In this document: in pieces, positions 20,300-29,616 of the stretch | Numbering within the stretch: position 1 is the stretch's first letter | Layout of the letters: the number at the start of each line of letters is the position of its first letter | Virus record (IMG/VR): IMGVR_UViG_3300028833_000071 | DNA length: 64,000 nt | Origin: a virus | Lineage: Duplodnaviria > Caudoviricetes | Direction: 5' to 3' (one strand) | Translations under genes and position numbers: made by a program | The notes under the pieces: generated by a model | What the model saw: only the letters and a program-made list of their open reading frames with translations | The model's database searches: none | Told to the model about the DNA's origin: nothing

Positions 20300-21064
20300 A
20301 TGCAACTAACATACGATGATATACAATATTTAGTATTAGAATCAGTAAATAAAATCCTTTGTGAGAAAAAAAGCCTTATAGATAATTTTGATTTTGTTTC
20401 CAATATTCTTGATATTAATTCGCCTGATGACTTTCATTTTGTACAAATTATAAAAAGGTTCAAAGATAATCAAGGCGATGATAGAAGCAAGGGAAATTAT
20501 CATGGTGGTGCTTGGTATTTAGGTGGTTTTAGAGTTCACAATGCACAAGAGTTAATGGCTTTAAAACCTAAAATAATATCAATATGTGATAAAAATAATG
20601 CAAGGGCTTATATTACAATAAACAATCGTTCAGATAAAGAAACTGATAGTTATATAAAGGTCTATAGAAGACAATTTAAACCAACAGACGCAAGATATAT
20701 CCATGCAGACGAAATAGTACCAGGACAGGCAAAAGACGGCCCTAATTGGGTAGGAAAAAGAAAACGTCTTATCATCGACATAGATGTTCCAAAAGGCACA
20801 AAAACAAAAGAAGGTGATAATCTTTGGGATGAAGTGAAAGATATGATTGAAATGACAGGGATTAAACCATTAGGTGAATATGTAACACCAAGTGGAGGTC
20901 TTCATATTCTTTTACCTGATAAAGAAGATAAAAGATTTGTTTATCTTAAACAATTGTTCAAAAAATTTGATAATTGGAAAGATAAAGGAAGACTTGCTAC
21001 AGTTCATCCAAATGTTGATGCAAAGATAATTTTATATTCAAATGTTCAAACGGCAGGATATTAA
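20300..21064 (+). CDS. putative AEP/prim-pol-like protein with N-terminal tag peptide
   Basis: LIIDID and TPSGGLHI motifs; MQLTYDDIQYLVLESVNKILCE leader. Confidence 0.55.
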   Translation: MQLTYDDIQYLVLESVNKILCEKKSLIDNFDFVSNILDINSPDDFHFVQIIKRFKDNQGDDRSKGNYHGGAWYLGGFRVHNAQELMALKPKIISICDKNNARAYITINNRSDKETDSYIKVYRRQFKPTDARYIHADEIVPGQAKDGPNWVGKRKRLIIDIDVPKGTKTKEGDNLWDEVKDMIEMTGIKPLGEYVTPSGGLHILLPDKEDKRFVYLKQLFKKFDNWKDKGRLATVHPNVDAKIILYSNVQTAGY

Positions 21065-21101
21065 ATAAGATAAGGGTGACTATTTTCGCCACCCCATTTT
21101 T

Positions 21102-21464
21102 TTAACAATATTCTCCGACAAGTTTTCTTACCTTAATACCGTTTTCATCATCTTGAAAACCATATACCTCAATAAATGAATCTGTTGCAGAAGACCATTT
21201 CCCATGTTTTTTTGAAACTTGCAACATATCGGCTGTAAATTGTACTTCTTCAACATCATCAAGATTATTTGCATTCAAGTAGTCAATACATAATTGGACC
21301 ATTTGTTCCTGAAGTTCTTTTACATTTTCTTTTGTCGTTGTCGGATTTTCATAATTTTCACATGTCCAATCTGGCCAATGTGTCCTAACTCTTTTTACAA
21401 ATTCTTGTTTTTCATCATTTGAAAGATTAATAAAATCTTCAGCCAATTGTTTTACTTTTTCCAT
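21102..21464 (-). CDS. hypothetical protein
   Basis: 120-aa ORF at end of minus-strand operon. Confidence 0.7.
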   Translation of the reverse strand: MEKVKQLAEDFINLSNDEKQEFVKRVRTHWPDWTCENYENPTTTKENVKELQEQMVQLCIDYLNANNLDDVEEVQFTADMLQVSKKHGKWSSATDSFIEVYGFQDDENGIKVRKLVGEYC

Positions 21465-21467
21465 GAC

Positions 21468-22280
21468 TTATCGTTTTAAAATAGTTTCATTAAATTCGAT
21501 GATAGTTCTAAACATATCAGTTTCTTTTTGTGTCTTTAGTTTATTTTTGAATTGTTCCATAATAAAATGTGGTAATCCAAAATATGGTTCAGCAATACTA
21601 CAAGCCATTGCTGCTATCGTATCTGTATCTCCACCAATCCAAATTGATTTTCTGATACAATCAATAAAATCATTGCTATTTAAGAAACATATAATGGCCT
21701 CAGGTACAGTTATTTGACAAGTCGCATCAAATTTATGTACAAAAGTTCCAATTTCATTTAGAGGTAATGATAAATTATAATCAAAATCCTCTTCAATAAT
21801 GCGTTTTATGTCTGCTTTACCTGCGCCACTTCTTGCGAGGAATATTGCTTCAGCAATCGCTTGTGCACCTTTTATACCCTCTTCATGGTTATGTGTTACC
21901 TCGGCTGATTTTTTAGCCAAATCAAGACATTCTTCAAGTGTATTGGCAAAAAAAGCACAAGGTGATACTCTCATTCCTGACCCATTTCCGAAACTGTTTA
22001 TAGGCTCAGTGGAATCACTTAAAACCCATGTTTTAAATCTGCCACCATATCCAGCATCAGGATAGTTTGTTGCCCAATCTTTAAGAATGCCGGGCAATTC
22101 TTCAACTGATTTACCATTAGTCCTATTAAGCCACTCCATAATAGCAACGGTAAGCACAGAATCATCTGTGAACTTACCGTCTTTTAAAATTTCAATGCTG
22201 TCGGGACTATTTTCATGTGGATTACGCCACTCGTAAATTGAGCCGCAATAATCACCAATTAAAGCGCCTATATATTGCAT
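21468..22280 (-). CDS. ADP-ribosylglycohydrolase (DraG/ARH family)
   Basis: GALIGD..GS.YE, FTDDS, SFGNGSGMRVSP, THNH, GGDTDT. Confidence 0.93.
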   Translation of the reverse strand: MQYIGALIGDYCGSIYEWRNPHENSPDSIEILKDGKFTDDSVLTVAIMEWLNRTNGKSVEELPGILKDWATNYPDAGYGGRFKTWVLSDSTEPINSFGNGSGMRVSPCAFFANTLEECLDLAKKSAEVTHNHEEGIKGAQAIAEAIFLARSGAGKADIKRIIEEDFDYNLSLPLNEIGTFVHKFDATCQITVPEAIICFLNSNDFIDCIRKSIWIGGDTDTIAAMACSIAEPYFGLPHFIMEQFKNKLKTQKETDMFRTIIEFNETILKR

Positions 22281-22837
22281 TAGATACGATTGATTTTAAT
22301 CTTTATTACTTTATCACCACTTAGGGTAGTAGTATCATTAGCACATTTATGTGTACAAGGTTTACTTTCATTAGTATTTGATGGCTTACTCTTATTAGTA
22401 TTTGAAGTAAAACGGCCTTTATTATCTCTTGGCTGTGTCTTTGCCTTATTGACTGAAATAAAATTCTTTTCAATATAGTCTTCATTATGCTTACACACAT
22501 TTTTTGCTTTATTAATGAATCTATTAGCGCCTGTTATAAACTTCAAAGCATCATTTTTAGCTGCTATAACTTCAGTTCTTACTTTCCAATAAAGTTTGCT
22601 TTCAGCTCGTGCCAGTGCAATTTTCTTACCAATTTCAACATCAAATATGTCGTTCTTGTCGCACTTTGCATAACCAGTGGCAAACATTCTGAAATTATCC
22701 ATGAAACGGTTACCGCTAAGTCCATTAGGTGTAACAACATCACCTTGCAAATAACATTTTACTGTCTTTGTCTCGTTATCAACAAAAAAATAAGGCTTTT
22801 TTGTGAATCTAATCTTGAAATCATCTCTATACTTCAT
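22280..22837 (-). CDS. hypothetical phage protein
   Basis: GYAKC...D.FD.EIGKKIALARAE motif; C-terminal PRDNKGRF. Confidence 0.75.
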   Translation of the reverse strand: MKYRDDFKIRFTKKPYFFVDNETKTVKCYLQGDVVTPNGLSGNRFMDNFRMFATGYAKCDKNDIFDVEIGKKIALARAESKLYWKVRTEVIAAKNDALKFITGANRFINKAKNVCKHNEDYIEKNFISVNKAKTQPRDNKGRFTSNTNKSKPSNTNESKPCTHKCANDTTTLSGDKVIKIKINRI

Positions 22838-22903
22838 AGTAATTAAATTTTTAAATTAAACAATTATTTTTCTTTTCTAAAAAATATACAAATAAATTTT
22901 TAT

Positions 22904-23719
22904 TTAATCAAAAAAATTAAGTTCTTCTATCAATTTTTTTCTGTTTTCTTCGTTTGTAAGGTCACAGCCGTCAAATGCCTCGTAAAAATGCCTTGTATAT
23001 GATTCATTATTATATTCAAGGATAAATGTCTTATTGGTTTTTTTGATAAATCTTCCGTATTTTTTGCCTTCATCAAAATCATGCCAATCAATATTTTTTT
23101 CTTGTTTAAGAAGTTTGATTTGTTCATCGGTATTTAATGACATAAGCTTTCCGTGTGGAAGATATGTCTGAGCGGTTTGTTGTTTGCTATTTCTAACACA
23201 GTCAATATTTCTGAATAAAATCCATGCCATAGCATCATTTGCACTATCCACATTCCATACTTTACAATCAAATTCATAAAGTGGACCATTTTTAATAGAG
23301 TCAATGCACATATCAAGCACATTTTCTGCACTGGTATAATAAGGTGTAATTGATTTAAGCCTTTCAATATTTATTATTTGTGAAAACTTTGAAGTTGCAA
23401 GAGAGGCAATAATACTTTGCATTTTGCACATTCTACCACCGAAGAACACATCACCCTCAGGATTATTTTTCTTTATTATAAGTGAGATTTCATCACTTTG
23501 GGTATATCCAAAAATGCATCCTTGTACTTCTTTGCAAAGATATTTTGCCGTTTCATTCATTGCATTGATAAAAATTTCGGAAAACGGTTTTTCAAATTTG
23601 TTTTTAATTTTCTTTGAGAAAGACCTTCCATCAATATGTGCTATTATATACTTATCAGGGTCAAGGAAATGATTTGCCGCTTTCTGATAAGCATAACATT
23701 TTTCTTTAAGCGTCTCCAT
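22904..23719 (-). CDS. tRNA(His) guanylyltransferase Thg1-like
   Basis: HIDGRSFS, GYTQSDEISL, FFGGR..K..S, FDCK, RNIDCVRNS. Confidence 0.92.
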   Translation of the reverse strand: METLKEKCYAYQKAANHFLDPDKYIIAHIDGRSFSKKIKNKFEKPFSEIFINAMNETAKYLCKEVQGCIFGYTQSDEISLIIKKNNPEGDVFFGGRMCKMQSIIASLATSKFSQIINIERLKSITPYYTSAENVLDMCIDSIKNGPLYEFDCKVWNVDSANDAMAWILFRNIDCVRNSKQQTAQTYLPHGKLMSLNTDEQIKLLKQEKNIDWHDFDEGKKYGRFIKKTNKTFILEYNNESYTRHFYEAFDGCDLTNEENRKKLIEELNFFD

Positions 23720-24095
23720 TGTTATTTCTTTTTTCTTCAATTAAACTTTTAACATGACTCATTTGGTCAAGAGTATTTTTTATAGTGTTGTACTTTTCCA
23801 AATATTTAAATGCTTTTCCGATTAATCCGCTATAAAAATCAAGGTATTTTTCCAAAAAATAATCTTCAGCTTTGTCTAAATCTAAAAAATATATATCAAA
23901 AGAATTCTTCCCAAGAAGGAAAGGCTCTATATGAAAAGATTTTCTTTCGTTATCAATAAAAAATAACATTGAGCCATCACTATAAATATGAATATTTGTA
24001 ATACTAATAGTTTCAATCCTAAGTCCATATTCTTTATGCTCCGTAACAGCATAAACTTTATCGCCAATTTTTAAATCTTTAAAACACATAATCAT
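23706..24095 (-). CDS. hypothetical protein
   Basis: 129-aa ORF, FKDLKIGDKVY start. Confidence 0.7.
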   Translation of the reverse strand: MIMCFKDLKIGDKVYAVTEHKEYGLRIETISITNIHIYSDGSMLFFIDNERKSFHIEPFLLGKNSFDIYFLDLDKAEDYFLEKYLDFYSGLIGKAFKYLEKYNTIKNTLDQMSHVKSLIEEKRNNNGDA

Positions 24096-24143
24096 TTTTT
24101 TAAAAAAATATACAATTTTTATTTGTTAAAAACAAAAAACTTT

Positions 24144-24248
24144 TTTGAGTACTAGTGCACTAGATATACATTATTAAAAATAATATTTTAAATGATTTTT
24201 ATTTTAATTTTCTATTTAAATTAGATTCTAGTAGCACTAATACTCAAA
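24144..24248. repeat. imperfect inverted repeat flanking AT-rich spacer
   Basis: TTTGAGTACTAGTGCACTAGA (24144-24164) vs TCTAGTAGCACTAATACTCAAA (24227-24248). Confidence 0.7.
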
Positions 24249-24325
24249 TTTTAATTTCACCTTTTTATATATAAATTTGTTTTTAAATTTTAATTTTTAT
24301 ATATTTTAACAAAAAAGTTTAGAAT

Positions 24326-24892
24326 ATGAAGAAAAAGAAAATTCTAGTCATCATAGACTGTCAAAATGATTTTATCACAGGCAGTTTAAGGAATGAGGAA
24401 GCAATTAAAGTGGTTCCTAACATTGTTGAAAAGATAAATAATTTCAATGGTGATTATATTTTAGTTACCATGGATACGCACGATGAGAACTATCTTGAAA
24501 CAAAAGAAGGAAAAATGTTACCCGTTAAACATTGTATTAAAGGTACGGACGGTTGGAAGATTAATAAAGACATACAAGATGCAATTTGTCTTGCAGAAGG
24601 TAAAAATGATGGAAATCGTGTGATTTATTTTGAAAAGCCCACCTTTGGTTCAACGGTAATGGCTGAATTTCTTGAAATGGACAAAGATTTTGAAGGAAAT
24701 CTTGAAATAGAGTTTTTAGGATTCTGTACAGATATTTGTGTGATTTCTAATGTTTTAGCAGAAAAGGCTATACTATATGATAGGGCCGAAATTACGGTTG
24801 ATGCTACTTGTTGTGCCGGTGTTACACCTGAAAAGCATAAGTCAGCGTTGGAAGTAATGAAATCTTGTCAAATTAAAATAATTAATGATTAA
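24326..24892 (+). CDS. pncA: nicotinamidase / isochorismatase family cysteine hydrolase
   Basis: IDCQNDF, DTH, HC..GTDGW, EKPTFGS, GFCTDICV. Confidence 0.9.
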   Translation: MKKKKILVIIDCQNDFITGSLRNEEAIKVVPNIVEKINNFNGDYILVTMDTHDENYLETKEGKMLPVKHCIKGTDGWKINKDIQDAICLAEGKNDGNRVIYFEKPTFGSTVMAEFLEMDKDFEGNLEIEFLGFCTDICVISNVLAEKAILYDRAEITVDATCCAGVTPEKHKSALEVMKSCQIKIIND

Positions 24893-25517
24893 TAAAGTTT
24901 TAGATTTCTTTAACATTAAAGCCGATAAATCCCAAAAATTGGTGTTATTAAGTTTTTTTATTTCGGGTTTAATTTCATCATATACATATCCAATTATTCA
25001 AAAATCCATGATAACGGCATTACCGCCTGAATGGATTGCATTTGAAGCCTTATTTTCAGCAATAATGATTTTAATTTTTGGAATGGTATGGAAAGGCAAA
25101 TTCAGAGAGAAAATAATAAATAATTTTTTCTTTTTCTGTATTATTGAATCAATAGCGGGTTTTTTATGTGGAATGTATTTGTGCTTTATAGCCTATAATG
25201 CATGGATATTTGCCATTGCCACTTTGATATATGCCAGTTTTATAACCATCTTAGTTTCAAAATGTATTATGTATTTCAAATCAAAATTATGGCAGGAAAA
25301 AGAACGAGAACAATATGATAATAACATAAGCATTGTAGGTGGAATAACTTGTATAATCGGTTTTGGTATGGCATTATTAACTATGCCGTCATTAAAAGTG
25401 GCCTTGTTTTTGTGGGGAATTTCTTGTATAATAGATGATATAGGTTGGATAATAGTTTATTTGGATAATAATAATGTTTTAAAAAATAAAGAAGATGGAA
25501 ATAATTTGGAAATATGA
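24885..25517 (+). CDS. multi-pass membrane protein
   Basis: About six hydrophobic helices. Confidence 0.75.
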   Translation: MINKVLDFFNIKADKSQKLVLLSFFISGLISSYTYPIIQKSMITALPPEWIAFEALFSAIMILIFGMVWKGKFREKIINNFFFFCIIESIAGFLCGMYLCFIAYNAWIFAIATLIYASFITILVSKCIMYFKSKLWQEKEREQYDNNISIVGGITCIIGFGMALLTMPSLKVALFLWGISCIIDDIGWIIVYLDNNNVLKNKEDGNNLEI

Positions 25518-26031
25518 TGACGGTCCAGCTTTGATTTCTCCAAAAGTATTTGAAGACGAGCGTGGATATTTTTATGAATCTTTCAATGAAAAAGAGTTTA
25601 AGGAAAAGGTTGCTGATGTTGATTTTGTACAGGATAATCAATCAAAATCTTCTTATGGCGTTTTAAGAGGAATGCATAGTCAGACAGGGGAATATGCACA
25701 GGCCAAATTAGTTAGAGTGGTAAAAGGTGCTGTTGTTGATGTTATTGTTGACGCAAGAGAGGATTCACCTGAGTATGGTAAAGTCTATTATGCTTATTTG
25801 TCAGAAGAAAACCATAGACAATTGTATGTACCAAGAGGTTTTTTACATGGGTTCTTAACCCTTCGTGATGGAACAGTATTCCAATATAAATGTGACAATT
25901 ATTATAATAAAAAATCAGAATGTGCTTTTAATTATAAGTCCATAGATTTTGCTTGGAATGAATATATTGACCCGCAAATAATAAAAGTTTCCGATAAGGA
26001 TGCTAAAAATCCTGATTTTAATTACAATTAA
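25495..26031 (+). CDS. rfbC: dTDP-4-dehydrorhamnose 3,5-epimerase
   Basis: PKVFEDERGYFYESF, FVQDNQSKS..GVLRGMH, QAKLVRV, GFLHGF, YKCDNYY. Confidence 0.95.
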   Translation: MEIIWKYDDGPALISPKVFEDERGYFYESFNEKEFKEKVADVDFVQDNQSKSSYGVLRGMHSQTGEYAQAKLVRVVKGAVVDVIVDAREDSPEYGKVYYAYLSEENHRQLYVPRGFLHGFLTLRDGTVFQYKCDNYYNKKSECAFNYKSIDFAWNEYIDPQIIKVSDKDAKNPDFNYN

Positions 26032-26081
26032 TACTACAACTATGAAGAAAAGTAAACTATTTATAAAAAAATAGTTTGGCA

Positions 26082-26249
26082 ATGAAATTAATAGTTGAAA
26101 AACAAGAAAACAAATGGATAATAATGCTCTATGATATGCTTGGAAGAAGAAGATATAATAATATAGATTTTAATTCCAAAAATGAAGCAATTGATTTTTT
26201 ACATAAAGAGTTTAAGGACGATAATGATATTTTAAAAAACATTGAATAA
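26082..26249 (+). CDS. small hypothetical protein (55 aa, not in ORF track)
   Basis: MKLIVEKQENKWII...; ACTATTTAT at 26056. Confidence 0.55.
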   Translation: MKLIVEKQENKWIIMLYDMLGRRRYNNIDFNSKNEAIDFLHKEFKDDNDILKNIE

Positions 26250-26250
26250 A

Positions 26251-26508
26251 ATGGAAATTAAACCTATAGAAGATTGGACAAAAAGCGAGAATTTTGATGG
26301 CTCAATTTTTATTGATGATGCCAATATTACTTATGCTCAAACGGGTGATTGCGTTAATAATGACCCTCAAGCAATAACAATAAGTGCCATAAATAATGGC
26401 GTTGCTAGATTTTTAAACATTAAAACTGAAGAAAATGGATGGTCTTTTAATGATATAGAAGATTTGGAAAAATTAATTGATGATTTTAAAAATAGAGTTA
26501 AACTATGA
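26251..26508 (+). CDS. hypothetical protein
   Basis: ORF starting MEIKPIEDW just after the previous stop. Confidence 0.7.
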   Translation: MEIKPIEDWTKSENFDGSIFIDDANITYAQTGDCVNNDPQAITISAINNGVARFLNIKTEENGWSFNDIEDLEKLIDDFKNRVKL

Positions 26509-26864
26509 ATCTAAACATTTCTATCAAATTAGATACTCCAAATCAAAATGGAAGAATATATCCAAAAGACGAAATAATGAAATTTATAAAAAAAATTAAA
26601 ATGAACAAAAGAGATTTGTTAATTGAAATTGGTCATGAGGATTCTATTGTTTTTGAAAATCCTTCTTATGACAATGCCATTATTGGTACAGATGAAAGTG
26701 GCAGGGTTATTTATGATTATAATAAAATGGTTCAATGCTTGATTGACGAAGATGGCATGGAATATGAGGAAGCCTGTGAATTTATTGATTATAATACCAT
26801 TAGAGCATTGCCTTATGTCGAAAATGGCCCAATTGTTCTTATGAATAGTGACATTTTTAAATAA
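26505..26864 (+). CDS. hypothetical protein
   Basis: YDNAIIG...VIYDY.KM...EEA.EFIDYN..RALPY conserved phage domain. Confidence 0.75.
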   Translation: MNLNISIKLDTPNQNGRIYPKDEIMKFIKKIKMNKRDLLIEIGHEDSIVFENPSYDNAIIGTDESGRVIYDYNKMVQCLIDEDGMEYEEACEFIDYNTIRALPYVENGPIVLMNSDIFK

Positions 26865-26884
26865 AAATTGATTTTGATTAATAG

Positions 26885-26902
26885 TTTGGCACGATTATTG
26901 TA
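26885..26902 (+). promoter_or_regulatory. sigma54-like promoter
   Basis: TTTGGCACGATTATTGTA upstream of 26929. Confidence 0.6.
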
Positions 26903-26928
26903 TAACTAAAATTTAAATTTTCTTAATT

Positions 26929-27894
26929 ATGACACAAGAAGAAAAGGCAAAACGCTATGATGAAGCTCTTGAAAGAGCCAAGGGTTTCAGGACACCGGAA
27001 CTCAAAGATGCCGCTGAACACATCTTCCCCGAACTCAAAGAGAGCGAGGATGAGAAGATAAGAGAACAAGTAGTTTATGCAATAAACCAATTACATGTTT
27101 GTGAATGTACAAAAAATAAACTTATTGCTTGGCTCGAAAAACAAGACGAGCAGAAACCTACTGATAAAGTTGAACCAAAATTTAATGTTGGTGATTGGAT
27201 TGTTTATGAGGGATTAGGAACATATAAGGTTGTTGAAATACACGAAGGATGGTATAGTGTAATTGATAACAATGATAGACGTTGGTCTGTAAGGTTTTCT
27301 ACAGAAAATTTATGCCATATATGGACAATTCAAGAAGCAAAGAATGGCGATGTGCTTGCTTTTGATAATGATACTATTGTAATATTTAAAGACCTTTATA
27401 ATAGTTCTACATTTCATTCTTATTGCCATATTGAAGATGGATTATTTGATGTTAGTAAAGATGATATGCCTGATTGGTGGGAAGGTGAAGGTTTTCGTCC
27501 AGCCACCAAAGAACAACGTGATACTTTCTTTGTAAAAATGAAAGAGGCAGGTTATGAGTGGGATGATAATAAAAAAGAGTTGAATAAAATTAAGCAAGAA
27601 TCTACTTGGAATGAAAAGATTAAAGGTCTCGATGAACTTGAGACATATATTCTTTCATTAGTGCCTGATAGGTCATTAGATGCTATTAAAGTCGATGCTA
27701 AAAATATTAGACACATAATCAATAAAGAACAGAAGCCTGCTGAATGGAGTGATGACGATGAAAAGTTCTTTAAAACAGCATTATGGCATATAAGTTATTC
27801 TGTCAGCAATGGCAAAAGCACAGATATCCATTGCGATACAACTGACTGGCTCAAATCGCTCAAGCCTATTGGAAGCCGAGTGATGAACAATTAA
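26929..27894 (+). CDS. Bacteroidota-phage modular repeat protein
   Basis: EKAKRYDEALERAK, ESEDEKIR, EPKFNVGDW, WTIQEAK.GDVL, PATKEQRD, WSDDDE modules. Confidence 0.8.
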   Translation: MTQEEKAKRYDEALERAKGFRTPELKDAAEHIFPELKESEDEKIREQVVYAINQLHVCECTKNKLIAWLEKQDEQKPTDKVEPKFNVGDWIVYEGLGTYKVVEIHEGWYSVIDNNDRRWSVRFSTENLCHIWTIQEAKNGDVLAFDNDTIVIFKDLYNSSTFHSYCHIEDGLFDVSKDDMPDWWEGEGFRPATKEQRDTFFVKMKEAGYEWDDNKKELNKIKQESTWNEKIKGLDELETYILSLVPDRSLDAIKVDAKNIRHIINKEQKPAEWSDDDEKFFKTALWHISYSVSNGKSTDIHCDTTDWLKSLKPIGSRVMNN

Positions 27895-27933
27895 TGGGTC
27901 TTGCGTTAGAAGCACCTGAAGGAATGTATGAAA

Positions 27934-27958
27934 TTGTGCCATCAAGTATATAATTACT
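27934..27958 (-). repeat. orphan IS1595-type terminal inverted repeat
   Basis: TTGTGCCATCAAGTATATAATTACT. Confidence 0.7.
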
Positions 27959-27971
27959 AAAAATTATTGTA

Positions 27972-28166
27972 ATGTCTGAAAAAGATTTTTATTTAACAGC
28001 GGCGTTATATGCCATGCAAGGAATGCAGGAAATGGGTGGAAAATTAGGTGAAATTGCTGAATTATTACCAAAACAAGTCGCCGAGCATTCGTTTAAATTT
28101 GCTGATGCGATGCTTGAGGAAGCAAAAAAACATAAATATTTTGTGAAAGAAAAGTCCAATGGATAA
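27972..28166 (+). CDS. hypothetical protein
   Basis: A.YAMQG...A..S...ADAML motif of small phage proteins. Confidence 0.7.
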   Translation: MSEKDFYLTAALYAMQGMQEMGGKLGEIAELLPKQVAEHSFKFADAMLEEAKKHKYFVKEKSNG

Positions 28167-28183
28167 TTTGGCATAATTTTTGA
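28167..28183 (+). promoter_or_regulatory. sigma54-like promoter
   Basis: TTTGGCATAATTTTTGA upstream of 28214. Confidence 0.6.
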
Positions 28184-28213
28184 TATGGTTTAAATGTTTT
28201 AAACTTTAATGTT

Positions 28214-28813
28214 ATGTATAAATTTGTAAAAATAGTTGACAAGAATAGGGAAAATTCAGGTACATGGTATTTTGTTCCCAATTCAATTGAACAGGTTAAA
28301 GAACATTTTGAAAAGATTTTTAGCCAAGAAATTAAGGCTGGAGTACATGATGCTGTTGAAAGAAATCGTTACCATCCAACAACTGCTTGGAGAATTGCTG
28401 TTAACATTATGAATGATTTGTATAGGGAACCATGGGCTTTAGCAGCAGTAAGACTTGAAAATCAGGTTTTTCAAGATAGAATTAAATATTTTGAAAAATA
28501 TCAAACAATGTATCTTGCAAACGGTGTTATCCATTTTTGCCCAAATTGGGATATGCACGAAATTGTTGAAGAAGTCGAACTTGAAGAACTTGAATATCCA
28601 AGAGAAGCGCAATTCCATCTTGAAGAGGTAAGATACATGCAATGGAATATGCCTGGTATAACACAAGGGCAACATTGGTATGCTAAAATTGGAAACCGTG
28701 ATGTCAAAGATGAAGACGGTAATATGAAATGGAACACCAAAGAAGAGGCGGAAAAGGCTGCTGAATGGTTTTGTAATTATTTGAATTTTAAAACTTATTT
28801 TTATGGGCATTAA
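28214..28813 (+). CDS. hypothetical protein
   Basis: 199-aa ORF. Confidence 0.75.
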   Translation: MYKFVKIVDKNRENSGTWYFVPNSIEQVKEHFEKIFSQEIKAGVHDAVERNRYHPTTAWRIAVNIMNDLYREPWALAAVRLENQVFQDRIKYFEKYQTMYLANGVIHFCPNWDMHEIVEEVELEELEYPREAQFHLEEVRYMQWNMPGITQGQHWYAKIGNRDVKDEDGNMKWNTKEEAEKAAEWFCNYLNFKTYFYGH

Positions 28814-29186
28814 AGTATATAACAAAAAAGAAGAGGATTATTCAATGTACCCCAATGACTATTATATAGGTAGAGGGAGTATTTTGGGTAATCCGTTTAC
28901 ACATTTGCCTTTGGAAAAGACAATGGCCATGTATCATACAAGAAATCGTGAAGAGGCAATTGAACGATACAGTGGGTATTTTGATATTATGTATGAAAAT
29001 GATGCTGAGTTTAAATCTATTGTAGATGAGATATATGAAAAGTATAAACGAGGTGAAGATGTGTATTTAGCGTGCTTCTGTCATCCTTATAGTTGCCATG
29101 GTGATGTTATTGCACAAAAATTACAAAAAAGATTATTAAAAGAAAAAATAAAAGAGGCAAAAATCAGTCGGAACAAAGAAAATTAA
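28803..29186 (+). CDS. DUF4326 family protein
   Basis: YIGRGSILGNPF, REEAI..Y, LACFCHP..CHGDVI. Confidence 0.88.
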   Translation: MGIKVYNKKEEDYSMYPNDYYIGRGSILGNPFTHLPLEKTMAMYHTRNREEAIERYSGYFDIMYENDAEFKSIVDEIYEKYKRGEDVYLACFCHPYSCHGDVIAQKLQKRLLKEKIKEAKISRNKEN

Positions 29187-29190
29187 AAAC

Positions 29191-29616
29191 ATGAAAATAT
29201 ATCTTGCATCATCTTTAAACCTTGATAAAAGAGACAAAATGTTTGAGGCCCTTGGATATCTTAGAGGCATAGGCCATGATGTATATGCACCTGTTGAACA
29301 CAAGATTGCCAATGCATGGGATTATCCAAATGATGAATGGGGCCTTATGGTTTTTGAGGATGATATTAAAGCCATAAAAGAATCAGATATTGTTGTGGTA
29401 CTTTCATACGGCAGAGATTCAACAGCAGGAGCAAATTGGGAAAGTGGATATGCTTTCGGGATTGGCAAGAAGATAATTTTGGTTGAAATGACTGAAAACA
29501 TAATGTCTTTAATGGTTGCAAATGGAAGATATGCCACTGTTAAAGGACTCGATGGTTTAAAAGAATACGACTGGGATAAAATGCCTCCAACAAGAACAAA
29601 TACTTTACAGACATGA
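29191..29616 (+). CDS. nucleoside 2-deoxyribosyltransferase family protein
   Basis: IYLAS, D..AI..SDIVV, GANWESGYA..GK. Confidence 0.85.
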   Translation: MKIYLASSLNLDKRDKMFEALGYLRGIGHDVYAPVEHKIANAWDYPNDEWGLMVFEDDIKAIKESDIVVVLSYGRDSTAGANWESGYAFGIGKKIILVEMTENIMSLMVANGRYATVKGLDGLKEYDWDKMPPTRTNTLQT

